Shown here: in pieces, positions 31,209 to 41,897 of the stretch | Layout: each line of letters opens with the position of its first letter | How positions within the stretch are numbered: the first letter of the stretch is position 1 | Source of the DNA: Pelagomonas calceolata | Lineage: Eukaryota | Length of the DNA stretch: 64,000 nt | Direction of reading: 5' to 3' | Assembly: GCA_918797485.1 (NCBI GenBank) | Contig: CAKKNE010000006.1 | Span: forward strand, 1,302,001-1,366,000 | Program-made: the position numbers and the translations under genes | Notes under the pieces: model-generated | What the model was told of the DNA's origin: nothing | What the model saw: the letters and a program-made list of their open reading frames with translations, nothing else | Database searches by the model: none

Positions 31209-33668
31209 TCACCACTCCTCTTCGTCGTCCGAGTCGCTGAAGGTGAAGTGATGGACCGGCGCGGAGCTGTCATCTTGCGGTCGGTAGCCCCCCGGGCCTT
31301 GCGGCTTGTACGGCGCATTGGGCAGCGCACGAAACATCGGCGTCGTGAAGCTCGGTCCGAGCGGGCCGTCGTTCTCGAACCCCGAGCGCGGCACGGGGCG
31401 CCCCGCGACGACGGGCGCAGCGGCGCCGAGGTTCGGCGGCGGAGCCGGGCGCGTCGCTTGCGAATGATGCGCGAGGTGCTCCCGCGCGGCGCCGAGGTCG
31501 CCTGCAATAGTCCGCTCCAGGGCGCTCGGCTGCGGCGGCGCCGTAGCGAGCGTCTCCACACCAAAAGCCCGCCGGACGTCCGCGTGCGTCGCCGGCGGCA
31601 GCCTCGCGCAGAGCGCATCTAAATCTAAACCGGGCCCGAGCACCGATGCCGCGTCGAGCCAGTCCGCCCAGGGCGCCCCGACCTCCCGCACTTTATCCAA
31701 AAGCTCACTGCTATCGACGAGACCGTTCTGAAACACGCGGTAGAGATCGTCGCCACCCTTCCAGGCCGGGTCAAGTCTGGGCTTAGACAAGTAGCGAGCG
31801 TCGGGTCTCATGCCTTGGACGGCCAGAAGTTTTTCGTACATCAAATTCTTGGGAACATAAATCTTCATCACTTTTTCACGCAGCTCTAGCGACAAGTCAG
31901 TAGAAAAGACGCAGAACAGCTTGCGATCGCGCGGTGTAGCTACAGAGAGCCGCCTACAGTATTGGTTGCCTTCGCAGAACTCGTACGTGTCCGAGGGAAA
32001 CTTGATCACAAGAACACATACCGCGGTCTGGCGCCAGAGGAGTGGATGCCTTCCATTACTCTCAATACTGAACTGGCAGATGCTGTTGTCTCCACTATTT
32101 GCCGCCGTGCACGTAGCTGTAGTAATAATAATTCTTCGACCGTCGGCGAGCAGGATCACCATGTGTTCCTTGCATTCCGTCACGAGCCGGAACGCCTCCG
32201 CCCCAAGGATCTGGGCGACCGTGAGCATCCCCGTGTTGTAGGTTAGCCGTCTCCCGTCCTTTCCATTGACGGTAGCAGTTGCCCTCGCCATCGACGTCAG
32301 GTAACTCTCCTTCTCGCCGGACGCTTGGAGGAGATCCAAGATTTGACGGCCCGTGGCCGCGTCGAGCTCCGCAGGCGTGCCCTCGATGTTCGAGCCCCAT
32401 GAGTTCTTCTGACAACACAAATAGAGTTTCGCCGTGTCCAATTTACACTTCGGGATTTTTCTGAAGGTAGTTGTCCCCATACTCTCGTGCCAAACGAAGA
32501 GGCCCCGACGGGCCTGGTGAATATAGAGCGGGTCGCGGTCAGGGTCCCACGGAATGGATCTCGGAGTCGCATCTCCAGGCTGTCGGACGATGACACATCT
32601 TTCGTCCGGGCGGGTACGGCTCGACGGCGGCCTCGCATGCACAATCCGGGGCTGATCGCCGTCGTTGTAGTACGTCAAATCATCACAGGCGTCGGCGAGC
32701 GGGTTCCCCAGGGCAGCCGACTGCCGGGCCCGGTTGTTACCTAGGTACGTCCGCGCCAGCAATAATAACCTACCGTCGTGCGCGCGGAGCCGCTCCCGGA
32801 GATTCGCGTAGCCGCTCTTTTTCCGTCCGCCGCCAATGCTGATGTACATAACCTGCCCGCTGCCGCTATCTGTGAACTGGCCGTCGTCATTGGGGAACCG
32901 CGCCTTGAGTTCCGTGTTGGCTCCTAACATCCGCGCGTCGTGCGGAGCCAGTCTCGTCCCGAAGAGTTCTTCAAAAAGCTTCGCGAGCACGTCCCCGTGG
33001 CTCTTCTCGTGCAACCATTCGAAGCAATCACAATTTTCATAGGGCACGATGCCCGCCAACTGCCCGAGTATCCACTCCCCGCCGGTGTACGTGCCAAAAC
33101 CCCGGCCCTCGTTCTCGGCCGCCAGGCAGACGCAGAGTAGCCGCGCCATCAGGCCCTTGGGCCCTTCCCCGTACTTCGCCCGCTGCAAATTTATGGCCGC
33201 GGAAGCGACGACCTCGGCCGACACCTCGCCCAGGTCGAACCCGTCCTCGCGATCCACGGGATCGTCGGCCGCCGCGCCCGGAGGGAACGTCGGCACGAAC
33301 GGAGCTAGCGCCTCGTCGGAGGCGAATTTGATGAAGTACCCGACGTGGTGCTTGTACATGAACGCCAGCGGCACGCAGCTGCCGGGTCCGTACTGCTTCA
33401 TGATGTAAATGATCCTCTTAAACCGGATCAGTTTTGCGCCCCATTTCTGCGCCGCGGGGCCCCACACGGACACCAAAATGCGCCAGCGGCCGCCAGTCTT
33501 CTGCAGATCGTCCAGATCGTCGGCTTCCTCCTCGTCGCTCGCCGTGTCTTCCTCAAGCTTCTTCCTGAGCCAGCCTTTGTCTAGTACCGACGATTGGGCG
33601 TCGTCGTCTTCGACCATCCTAGCAATAGCACCCTCCAACTTGGCGAGTTGGCTTTCAGACAAAGCCAT
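31209..33668 (-). CDS. Hypothetical protein (819 aa)
   Basis: Long ATG-initiated, compositionally balanced ORF; no family confidently recognised. Confidence 0.65.
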   Translation of the reverse strand: MALSESQLAKLEGAIARMVEDDDAQSSVLDKGWLRKKLEEDTASDEEEADDLDDLQKTGGRWRILVSVWGPAAQKWGAKLIRFKRIIYIMKQYGPGSCVPLAFMYKHHVGYFIKFASDEALAPFVPTFPPGAAADDPVDREDGFDLGEVSAEVVASAAINLQRAKYGEGPKGLMARLLCVCLAAENEGRGFGTYTGGEWILGQLAGIVPYENCDCFEWLHEKSHGDVLAKLFEELFGTRLAPHDARMLGANTELKARFPNDDGQFTDSGSGQVMYISIGGGRKKSGYANLRERLRAHDGRLLLLARTYLGNNRARQSAALGNPLADACDDLTYYNDGDQPRIVHARPPSSRTRPDERCVIVRQPGDATPRSIPWDPDRDPLYIHQARRGLFVWHESMGTTTFRKIPKCKLDTAKLYLCCQKNSWGSNIEGTPAELDAATGRQILDLLQASGEKESYLTSMARATATVNGKDGRRLTYNTGMLTVAQILGAEAFRLVTECKEHMVILLADGRRIIITTATCTAANSGDNSICQFSIESNGRHPLLWRQTAVCVLVIKFPSDTYEFCEGNQYCRRLSVATPRDRKLFCVFSTDLSLELREKVMKIYVPKNLMYEKLLAVQGMRPDARYLSKPRLDPAWKGGDDLYRVFQNGLVDSSELLDKVREVGAPWADWLDAASVLGPGLDLDALCARLPPATHADVRRAFGVETLATAPPQPSALERTIAGDLGAAREHLAHHSQATRPAPPPNLGAAAPVVAGRPVPRSGFENDGPLGPSFTTPMFRALPNAPYKPQGPGGYRPQDDSSAPVHHFTFSDSDDEEEW

Positions 33669-33934
33669 GACACCTTTTGCGTCTTCTTCGCTTTTGTGCA
33701 GTCGCTCGCTAGGTTATCTGGGCTGCAGTGCGCGCTGCGAATCAGCAAGATATATTGCTGCGGCGCACGACACCTTTGTGAGCGCCGCTGCAGCTTGTCT
33801 TGCTTGCGAAAGTCTTAATGACTGACGGGTTTACCTAACGTAAGCAACCCTTAGCTGCGGCTTCGCAGCTCCGCGAATTGGCTCGATTCGGGTTTTTTCA
33901 AACGGGTTTTTGGTATAGAAATAGCCACTCTTAC

Positions 33935-36900
33935 TCACGCCATCACCGAAGCCGCACCACTCATCAACCGCAGCGTAGGCTGCTCCTTCGGCTGCTTCGA
34001 CTCCTTCTCGACCCTATCTAAAGCGTCGCCGACGACGCGCACGAGCCGCGCGAGGAGGCCGTCCGGGTCCGCGTCCCGCAGCACAGGCACGTTGCGGAAC
34101 GTGTCTCGTAACAGAGGCGCGCACCGCAGGGCCGCGGACGCCGTCGCCGCGTCCGTCGGCGATCGCAAAGCGTCCTTGAGCGCCACGAGCCCCGCCTCGA
34201 GCGCGAACGCCGCCGCCGCGCCGCTACCGTCGGCGCCGCGTCTAGTAGAAGCGGCGAGGACCTCGACGTCCACCGCCGGCGCGCCCGCGGCCGCGGCGTT
34301 CTTCGCAAAGTCCGCGAGGCGCACCCACAAAGCGGAATGGGCTGCCCGCTTGGCGTCGTCGAAAACGTTCGACAAAGCGTCCTTGCGCTCGCGCGCGTTC
34401 GATGGTAAACAAGCGAGCCACCAGCCCGCGCGCTCCGGTTCATTTTCGGACGCCAGCGCCGCGAGCAAGCGCCAGCAGCGCGCGTGGCACGCGACGACGT
34501 CAGACGACTTGTCAGCGAGGGGCACATATGAAGGCGACGCGCCGTTCGCCGCCGGCTCGCCCTTGGCCAGCTCCGCTATGACACCAACGAGCGCCGCGCG
34601 GCCCCGCAAGTGGCCCAAATCTCTCGGAGGGGCTTCGACCGCGAGCAACGCTTGCGCCAATGACCTCCTACCAACGTCCGCCGCTCGAGCACAACAGTGC
34701 TTCTGCGCCGAGCTTCGTAGCCGCTGGTGCGCCGGCAGCCGCCGCAGCAAAACTCGGACTAGCTCCAGCGCCAGCAGCCCCGACCGCAGGCCGCCGCCGT
34801 CGATATCCGGGGGCGCGAAGGCGCCGGCCGCCGCCAGCGCGTCCACAGAACCAGCGTCGGCGACGCGCGCCGCCGCGTCGCGCGTGCGACACAACTTCAA
34901 TAACGCCGCGCAGGACGCCTCCAAGGCGGCCGCATCCACCAAAGGCCCCTCGCCGCCCGAGCCCCGGAACCCGCCGTGCGTCAGCGCGTCGGCGGCTAGA
35001 GCCGCCCTAGCCCCGCGGCCCCGTCCACCGTCCTCCGGCGCGCCCTCGCAGAGCGCCGCCCGCGCGGCCAATCTCACCCACGGCGTCGCGGCCGTCGCCG
35101 CGTCCGCGCAGACGCGGCCCCACGCGCGCTCGCCCACCGCATCTGAAGCTTCCATGGACGTCTGTGGGTCGCGGTGCCTAGCGCGCGCCAGCGTATGCGC
35201 TAGCGCCGCGTAGAGGTGGCCCCTCAATGCTTCCGACGTGCTCCGTTGCGGTCGATCTAGAGCCAAAGCTAATTGTCTAGCGCCGCCGACGGTCACGGAC
35301 CTTTGCAACTTGTCCAGGGATCTCAAATTGGCGGCGGCGTCGGCGGCGCAGCGCGCGAGCGCCTCGGCCGGCCGCGCGTCCGACGATTGATTTTCGGTCA
35401 GAGCCCTAGCTGCAGCATCTCTCACCTCCGCTAAAGCTCGTCGAGGCCTTGATAAACCAGCCAGGTCGCCGTAGGGTTCATTTAGTAACGCTAAAGCATC
35501 ACTCTGTTGGTCGTCGTCTGTTCTAAATGCCATGTTTTGGTCGGTCGACGAGGCTTCGAGCGCAGCACTCTCGAACGCGTAGCCCGCACAGACCGCGGCG
35601 AACCGCTGGGCCGCATCAGCCAGTCTAGCGGCGGCCGTCACGGCGCGCTGGGCCTGGTTGGCGTGCTTGGCCCATTGTTTGACTTGTGGGTCGTCGAGTT
35701 TCGTCTCATCAACTAGATCGTAATTCTCGTACAGAACGGACGACGGTTGTGGCGGCGCATTTTCAACACATTTCCGAGCTTCCTCGGGAATGGCGTCCGA
35801 CGATGCCACGCTTTCTAGTTTGAACGCGGCGCCGAAGACCGCCTGGAGCACGTCTACTCGCAAGAACGCGTCGACGGCGTTCCTGCAGCGGCCCCTAGCT
35901 TGGTCTTGCACGCCGTCCGGGAGCTTGGCCGTGTGCGTGCAGACCGCCAGGCACTCTAGTGCTGATGCTAAACATCTTGCTGTTGGTACACTAATGGTAG
36001 AAGTGGAGCAGGCCTCCCGTACCATAGTGACCAAGTCAACCAAAGCGTCGTCGCGGCACACGCAGTCGACACATGATCTATGGGACGTCGCGAGCTCCGC
36101 TACTAGCCTTAAAGCTCTTTCGGCCGTCCCCAGGTCACCGCCATTCTCCAGGGCTGACGCCGACCGAAAGGCCACGTCCACAGCAGCTTCGAGTGAACCG
36201 CCGTCCAATAGCCACCCTGCTAGATGCCTCGCCCGAGGCTCCACTAATAAGTCTAAAGCTGCATGGCCCGCGTCGCCCGCCGGCTTTAGAATAGGTAAAC
36301 CGTCGGCATCAGCAGTGTCGACGCCATCCTCGTCGATCATGGTTCTATCCGTGCAGGCCGCGACGCGCGCGGCGAACTTGCTTCTAGCATCCGCCCCTTT
36401 GTCCTCCGCCGCGGCTAGAGCGGCTAGGAACCGGCCCCCGTCCAACGCCGCGCCAGCCAGCGCCCCGAGCAACCGTATGGACGGCCCGGCCGTCAGGGCG
36501 TCGCCCGGTTGGGCTCGCTTCGCTAGTTCGGGTAGTAATGAAGCTAACGGAGCCTCGAAGAAGGGCAATGATACTAAATCGTCGTCGTGCCAGCCGTCCA
36601 ATTGCGAACCGAAGTCGTTCCTCAGGAAGGAACCGCCGGTGGAAGGTTGTTGTTGCACAGCAGGTGTTCTTGATGCTAGTAACAAGTCACCTAATCTCCT
36701 CGGAGGACCGCGAGCCGCCTTGACCAACGCCCTTTGGGCTGGTGAATCTGAAGCTGATCGGCAGGCCTTGATGAAGATCGCTTCTTTGGACGCGACGGCC
36801 TCCAGCAGATCCAACGAAGCTCTTTCACACCGTCGGCGCCACCAGGCCACACCCGCACCGCCCAGACCCGACCGACGCGCGCGTTCCACTGACGCCACGT

Positions 36901-39622
36901 CGAGCTCCGCCCTTAGTAAACGTCTTTTGTCGTCGTTCGCGTCCTTGATCAACCCTTGCGGTTTTGGTTCGGGGAGGAACTCCCTCGTGTCGATGTCTGC
37001 ATCTGGTAAAAAAGCGTCGCCTTCCTTTCCAGCGGCACTTATGAGCGACGCGAGCGCCGCCGCGAGGCCTCCCCTATCAGATAAAGCGTCATACAGCACT
37101 TCAAACGACGCCGAGGCCTCCTCCGTGGACTTGGCGTCGAAGTCGCGCTTCCAACTTGCCGATAGCGGGTCGTACGACTCAAGCGCCTGCCTGAGCACGG
37201 CCAACGCGCGACACGCGAGGCGCCACCTTTCCTCCTTGAATCGAAATGCTAAGATTTGGCCGTCGTCCCGCGCCGCACATCTCAACAGAATATCTCTCGC
37301 CGCAAAGCGTACTGAAGATCGTCTAGAAGAGTCGTCCAGGGCGTCGCCCAACGTGTGGACGAGCCTTAAATAACCTTCGGAGCCCGAGAAGGTCCTCAAG
37401 CGCGTTTCAACAGCAAGACAGTCCCTTTCGACAACTCCAGGCTTCGCCACACTCGAGAGCTGTTGCGCGAGGCAGTTGTCCCGGAGCGGGTCCTTCGGAG
37501 CCCTCTGCACCTGGCCCGGGAAGAGCTGCGTCGGTGGTAGGGGCGGCGCGTTCGGCACGAGGCGCCGCGGTAACCTTAACTGTGATGGCGGTGCGCTCAA
37601 TTGACCGGAAGAAGACGTCAGCGACGCCTTCTGGACGAGCTGGGCGATCGAGGTGCGCGCGTCGTCGTCTGAACTTGCGCATGAAGCGATCAGCGCGAAC
37701 AGAGCACCCTTCAGGTCCGGCGCGACGGCGTCGCCGTCCCTACAGACTAACCGTAAAGCAGACGCAGCGAGGCGACTGGGCGCGTTGCTCTCGTTGCTAC
37801 AAGCCGCGCAGACGCGCCTCGCATGCGCTGGTGTTTTCATGCACGCCGTCAAGACGTCCGCGACCGCAGCTAGCGCCTCGGCGTCGGCACCGCCCAACCA
37901 CAGAGGTTCCCGCTGGGGCGGCGGCGCCGCGACGTAAATAGAAGAAGGTGTTGTGGTCGCTAATTGCGTCTCGAGCTCCGCGGCTCTAAGGACTTCGCCG
38001 TACCTGTCAATTAACGCCGAGAAGTGGCGCAGGCCATAGCCCGGCGGCGGCGCGGCCCCATCCAAGAACAACCCATCGCGCAGGTCGGAGTCCTCTTCAT
38101 CCGATCTCAGAAAGTCCGCTACTGCAGTTGCACATTTTTCAGAACCGCGCGCGATGGACGCTAGTAATCGTAGATACGGTGCCCTACAAGCATCGCCGTG
38201 CCGCGCGGCGTCGCCGGCCCGTAGCGTGAGATGCGCTAAAGCGGCACTTGGCGCCTCCTCGTCCATATCCTCCGAACTAAAAAATCGATCACACACTTGC
38301 GGGTATCTACCACATAAGACACGGATCAACTCCAGCACGTCTTCCAGCGAGTCGCCGTACTGGGACGAGGGCTCCGGCAGCGCGTCGACCTCGAGAGCAG
38401 CCTCGACAACAGCTACAATAACCTCCGTAAAGGCCGCCAAGTAAGTAGTAGGTGGTCTATGACCATCTCGTAAATCGCCCCGCAACAACCCGTGCGTCCG
38501 CGTGAGGAACTGGCACACGCCTCCTTCGAACGCGTCCTGGAGAGCACTTCGTACGGCTTCTTCGATATCCGACGTGGCGTCGGCCCAGCGGTTTGGTCGT
38601 GCTAACAGAGCTGCGGCCAAATTAGCTGATGCTTTGGCACCTCGCGCTTCATTTCCGAGAGTCGAGGGCCATTGTTGGATGGCGCTCCTCAGTGCCGCCG
38701 CATTCGCCGCCAACTTGTTAGACGTACGGTCGTCGTCATTGGACGCGCCGTATCTTAATAAAGAGTCGTCCCTGGTCGCGCCGTTGCGGTCGCGTAGCTT
38801 CGCGCCGGCGTCGAGCGCTCCCAGAGCACCCAATAGCAAGACGTCTCTGCAAGCTCGCAATCGCGACGCGTGCGGCGCGAGCTGCCCGACCTGCTGGGGT
38901 CTACAAGCGTCATCTAATAATCGGGAGACGTCTCGCGTCGTCTCCAACAACTCCTTAGCCTCATTAGCTTCGAGCTGGGTCTCGTAGAAGCCGTAGTAGT
39001 GCGCCTCGCTCACGAGCGAGGCAAACTCGCCCGCTCTCGCTGCCCGGTCGACGGGGTGGGCCCAACTGGACGACGCTAGTCTTTTGACCGCGGCGAGCAG
39101 ACAGCCGGCCAGGTTTTGTTTGGCCAGCGCACAGACGGCTTGTTGTAATGAGTGTTGTGCATTGTGAGGCAGATTGTCATCTAACGCACCTCGTACGACC
39201 TCGCCCAGCGCTCTCAGGGAACAAGCGGCCTCGAAGTAGAACAACTGGCGCGCAGCGCCGCCGATGTCGTCGTCGAAGGCTTCTGCCCTTCCAGTCATGC
39301 CCGCCAGGTCGCGGCGGTGCTGCCGCTCCGTGACGCGCGCGACGAAATCCAAAGCAAGTTCTTCGTCCAACTGGAGCTCGTCGGACAACGCTGCGACGAG
39401 CCGCGCCGTGCGCGGCTGCAGCGCCTGCTCCTTGCCCCGCAGCATCAGTGGTTGCGAGGCCGCGAGCTTCTGCCGCTTGGACGCGTCCGGCGGCGGCTGT
39501 TCTAAACACTTGGCCAGGTCCGCGAGCTGCGGCGACTGGAGGTAGCGGACGACGTCCGGCGCGGCCTCGCGGCCCGACGCCAGCGTCGAGACGCCCTCGA
39601 GGACGGCGAAGGAGGTGTCCAT
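33935..39622 (-). CDS. NUP205: Nucleoporin Nup205/Nup192-like
   Basis: 1895-aa alpha-helical protein. Segments LSDELQLDEELAL, ARQLFYFE, LKGALF..IAS, VETRLRTF...GYLRLV..L and RF.EERWRLA..AL..L...L..Y parallel Nup205 family motifs. Confidence 0.7.
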   Translation of the reverse strand: MDTSFAVLEGVSTLASGREAAPDVVRYLQSPQLADLAKCLEQPPPDASKRQKLAASQPLMLRGKEQALQPRTARLVAALSDELQLDEELALDFVARVTERQHRRDLAGMTGRAEAFDDDIGGAARQLFYFEAACSLRALGEVVRGALDDNLPHNAQHSLQQAVCALAKQNLAGCLLAAVKRLASSSWAHPVDRAARAGEFASLVSEAHYYGFYETQLEANEAKELLETTRDVSRLLDDACRPQQVGQLAPHASRLRACRDVLLLGALGALDAGAKLRDRNGATRDDSLLRYGASNDDDRTSNKLAANAAALRSAIQQWPSTLGNEARGAKASANLAAALLARPNRWADATSDIEEAVRSALQDAFEGGVCQFLTRTHGLLRGDLRDGHRPPTTYLAAFTEVIVAVVEAALEVDALPEPSSQYGDSLEDVLELIRVLCGRYPQVCDRFFSSEDMDEEAPSAALAHLTLRAGDAARHGDACRAPYLRLLASIARGSEKCATAVADFLRSDEEDSDLRDGLFLDGAAPPPGYGLRHFSALIDRYGEVLRAAELETQLATTTPSSIYVAAPPPQREPLWLGGADAEALAAVADVLTACMKTPAHARRVCAACSNESNAPSRLAASALRLVCRDGDAVAPDLKGALFALIASCASSDDDARTSIAQLVQKASLTSSSGQLSAPPSQLRLPRRLVPNAPPLPPTQLFPGQVQRAPKDPLRDNCLAQQLSSVAKPGVVERDCLAVETRLRTFSGSEGYLRLVHTLGDALDDSSRRSSVRFAARDILLRCAARDDGQILAFRFKEERWRLACRALAVLRQALESYDPLSASWKRDFDAKSTEEASASFEVLYDALSDRGGLAAALASLISAAGKEGDAFLPDADIDTREFLPEPKPQGLIKDANDDKRRLLRAELDVASVERARRSGLGGAGVAWWRRRCERASLDLLEAVASKEAIFIKACRSASDSPAQRALVKAARGPPRRLGDLLLASRTPAVQQQPSTGGSFLRNDFGSQLDGWHDDDLVSLPFFEAPLASLLPELAKRAQPGDALTAGPSIRLLGALAGAALDGGRFLAALAAAEDKGADARSKFAARVAACTDRTMIDEDGVDTADADGLPILKPAGDAGHAALDLLVEPRARHLAGWLLDGGSLEAAVDVAFRSASALENGGDLGTAERALRLVAELATSHRSCVDCVCRDDALVDLVTMVREACSTSTISVPTARCLASALECLAVCTHTAKLPDGVQDQARGRCRNAVDAFLRVDVLQAVFGAAFKLESVASSDAIPEEARKCVENAPPQPSSVLYENYDLVDETKLDDPQVKQWAKHANQAQRAVTAAARLADAAQRFAAVCAGYAFESAALEASSTDQNMAFRTDDDQQSDALALLNEPYGDLAGLSRPRRALAEVRDAAARALTENQSSDARPAEALARCAADAAANLRSLDKLQRSVTVGGARQLALALDRPQRSTSEALRGHLYAALAHTLARARHRDPQTSMEASDAVGERAWGRVCADAATAATPWVRLAARAALCEGAPEDGGRGRGARAALAADALTHGGFRGSGGEGPLVDAAALEASCAALLKLCRTRDAAARVADAGSVDALAAAGAFAPPDIDGGGLRSGLLALELVRVLLRRLPAHQRLRSSAQKHCCARAADVGRRSLAQALLAVEAPPRDLGHLRGRAALVGVIAELAKGEPAANGASPSYVPLADKSSDVVACHARCWRLLAALASENEPERAGWWLACLPSNARERKDALSNVFDDAKRAAHSALWVRLADFAKNAAAAGAPAVDVEVLAASTRRGADGSGAAAAFALEAGLVALKDALRSPTDAATASAALRCAPLLRDTFRNVPVLRDADPDGLLARLVRVVGDALDRVEKESKQPKEQPTLRLMSGAASVMA

Positions 39623-39822
39623 GGCTTGCTTGGTTGCGCGTCGCCGGCGTCGCGCGCGCGGTGGTTTGGACTGCTGTCCGCTTTCTCAGCCGTGCGGGCG
39701 AGCTGCTGCTTGAAACCGCGTCGGCGGCTGGAGGGCTCAAGGAGGAGTCCCCACAAAAGCGAACGCAATGGTCCAGTCCACGTAGGCTGAGCAAAGCCCC
39801 TCGCGATATGAGCCCGCCTGCT

Positions 39823-39870
39823 TGCTAGTGTCTTACCGCTAGCTGATTGCTAGTGTCTTACACCGCTAGC
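39823..39870 (-). repeat. Two tandem copies of the intergenic motif (39823-39843, 39848-39870)
   Basis: TGCTAGTGTCTTAC(AC)CGCTAGC twice, the reverse complement of the motif, ~200 bp upstream of the Nup205 ATG in a divergent intergenic region. Confidence 0.85.
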
Positions 39871-40047
39871 TCGCATTGTCGCGGCGCTGTGGCGTTTAAG
39901 GCTGCCCTTCACGGTCTGACGGCACGGAGGACGGCCGAAACCGGTTCCCGAGTCGCCGCATCGGCGTACGGCTAGCCTCGGGCCGTAGCCTCTGGGTACG
40001 GAACCGGTCATCAGGGCCCAGGCAGCGCTGCCCCACGGACCAGCACC

Positions 40048-41757
40048 ATGGCCAGCGGCGGCCAGTGGACGCCCAGGGCCGCGGCCCGCGAATTACAGCT
40101 GCCGCCGGCGGCCGACGAGGCCCTCGTCAAGAAGCGCTACCGCGAGCTCGCGAAGCAACTCCATCCGGATAGAAACAAGGGCAACGAGGCCGCCGCCACC
40201 GAGGCCTTCCAGCGTTTGTCTGGTGCCTACGACCGGCTGAGCGCTGATTTCGGGCGCGCGGCGCAGGACGCGGCGGCGATCGCGCGGCACCGGGCCGCGG
40301 CGGCGGCCGCGCGGCGCCAGGCGGACTGGGAAAGAGCCATGGGCGGCCCGGCCGTCCAGCAACCATCAAACCCGGGGCCGCGCGCGCGTAGAAAAGCGGA
40401 GGCCGCCGCCGCGCCGCCGCCGCCGAAGCCCGCGAAGCCGGCGAAGCCGCGCCGCGCGCGCCGCCCCGGCGAGAAGCCCGACATTCCGACGCGGACGTCG
40501 CTCGACGAAGAAAAAGCGCGCAAGGCCGCCGTGGCCAAGAGTCGGGACGAGGCCGACCGCCTGCGCAAGGCGAAGAAGGTCCTCCACGAGAAGAAGCGCG
40601 AGGAGCGTCGCGAGGCCAAGGCCGCGGCCATGAGGCAGGCCGCGGCCGAGGCTTCTATCCGTGAAGCCCAAGAGCGCGACGCCAAGCTCGCGGCGGCCGT
40701 GGCGGCGGCGGCGGCCGCGCGGCTGCGCGAGACGTCGGCCAAGGAGGCGTCGGCGCGCGTGCGCGCGCAGAAAGTGCATAGAGACGCGGCGACGGCATTG
40801 AGAAGGCGGGCCGACGCGGAATTCGTCGAGAAATTGCGCGCCAAGACGGAAGCGACCAAACAAGCGGGCATACAGAAGCGGCGCGAGGAGACGGAGCGCG
40901 TCGCGCGTCGGTTGCGGCGGCAGGAGGAGGAATTACAAAGGGAGCGCGCGCGGGAGCGGGAGGAGGCGCGGCGCCGCGCGCGGGAATTTATTATAGCGGA
41001 GCGCGAGCGCATGGAGCGCTTCAAGGAGGAGCAAGCTAAACGCTTCAAGGAGGAGCTCGAAGAGGCGCGGTCGGCGTCGCGCGAGCGCCTCGCGGGGCTG
41101 GAAAAGACGCACGCCGAGCGCCTAAAGATGGCGACAGAGGACGAGCTGGCCCGTTTGATGCGCCGGCGCGACGCGATCGACGCGCGGCGCGCCGCCGACG
41201 CGGCGGCAAACGCCGCGCGGGCCGCGGCGTACCTCGCCGCGAGCCGCGCGCGGGACGCGGCGCTCGCCGCGCTGGCCATGCCGCCGCCGCCGCCGCCCGC
41301 GCGCCTCGCCGTCGCGGGCCGCGTCGCGTCGGAGGCCGTGGCGCGCGCCGTCGCCGACGGGCTCGAGGGGCTCGACGTCGAGCCCGCCGTCCGCGGCGTC
41401 GTCGTGGCCCTCGTGGACTCCGCCGTGGAAGCTGCTGCGGCGTTGAACGCCGTCGACGCCACCACCGAGGCCATTCCTGTGGAAGCCGCTACGAGCGCAC
41501 CGCCGATCGAAGTCACTGGGCCTAGTCGCCTCCCGTCGGTGGATTCCGAGGCCGCCGAGGCTATCGAAGCTAATGCCGCGCCCGAGTCGCCGAGTTCTCT
41601 CGCCGCCGAGGCGGCAGCGTTCCGCGCGAAGCGCAAGTCCCTCAGCGCCCAGCCGGTGTCGTCGACGTCGCTCGCGGCCGCGAAGCGCAAGGCAGCCATC
41701 TCGCGGAAAATCCAGGAGAAGCTCGCGGCGCGGCGCGGCCGCCCGGAGCCGCTGTGA
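40048..41757 (+). CDS. J-domain (DnaJ) protein with a long charged coiled-coil
   Basis: VKKRYRELAKQLHPDRNKG....EAFQRLSGAYDRLS (HPD motif), then an E/R/K/A-rich helical region. Confidence 0.85.
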   Translation: MASGGQWTPRAAARELQLPPAADEALVKKRYRELAKQLHPDRNKGNEAAATEAFQRLSGAYDRLSADFGRAAQDAAAIARHRAAAAAARRQADWERAMGGPAVQQPSNPGPRARRKAEAAAAPPPPKPAKPAKPRRARRPGEKPDIPTRTSLDEEKARKAAVAKSRDEADRLRKAKKVLHEKKREERREAKAAAMRQAAAEASIREAQERDAKLAAAVAAAAAARLRETSAKEASARVRAQKVHRDAATALRRRADAEFVEKLRAKTEATKQAGIQKRREETERVARRLRRQEEELQRERAREREEARRRAREFIIAERERMERFKEEQAKRFKEELEEARSASRERLAGLEKTHAERLKMATEDELARLMRRRDAIDARRAADAAANAARAAAYLAASRARDAALAALAMPPPPPPARLAVAGRVASEAVARAVADGLEGLDVEPAVRGVVVALVDSAVEAAAALNAVDATTEAIPVEAATSAPPIEVTGPSRLPSVDSEAAEAIEANAAPESPSSLAAEAAAFRAKRKSLSAQPVSSTSLAAAKRKAAISRKIQEKLAARRGRPEPL

Positions 41758-41897
41758 GTGTGTAACTGTGGTCGTACGATTCAGATTTTCAGTAGTTACG
41801 CGGGGAGGGACACAGTTGACGAATGGGGGGGAGGGCGCTCTGGCGGCGCCGCCCGGGGGAACTTCTTGACGGGCGGGGCGCGCCGGCGCGACGGGGC

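Noticed and set aside
34092..37373. Long plus-strand ORFs (373 aa and 527 aa), and similar long antisense ORFs at 40227, 48923, 49288 and 56458
   Set aside because: Ala/Ser/Arg-rich shadows of real genes on the opposite strand, expected at this GC content.
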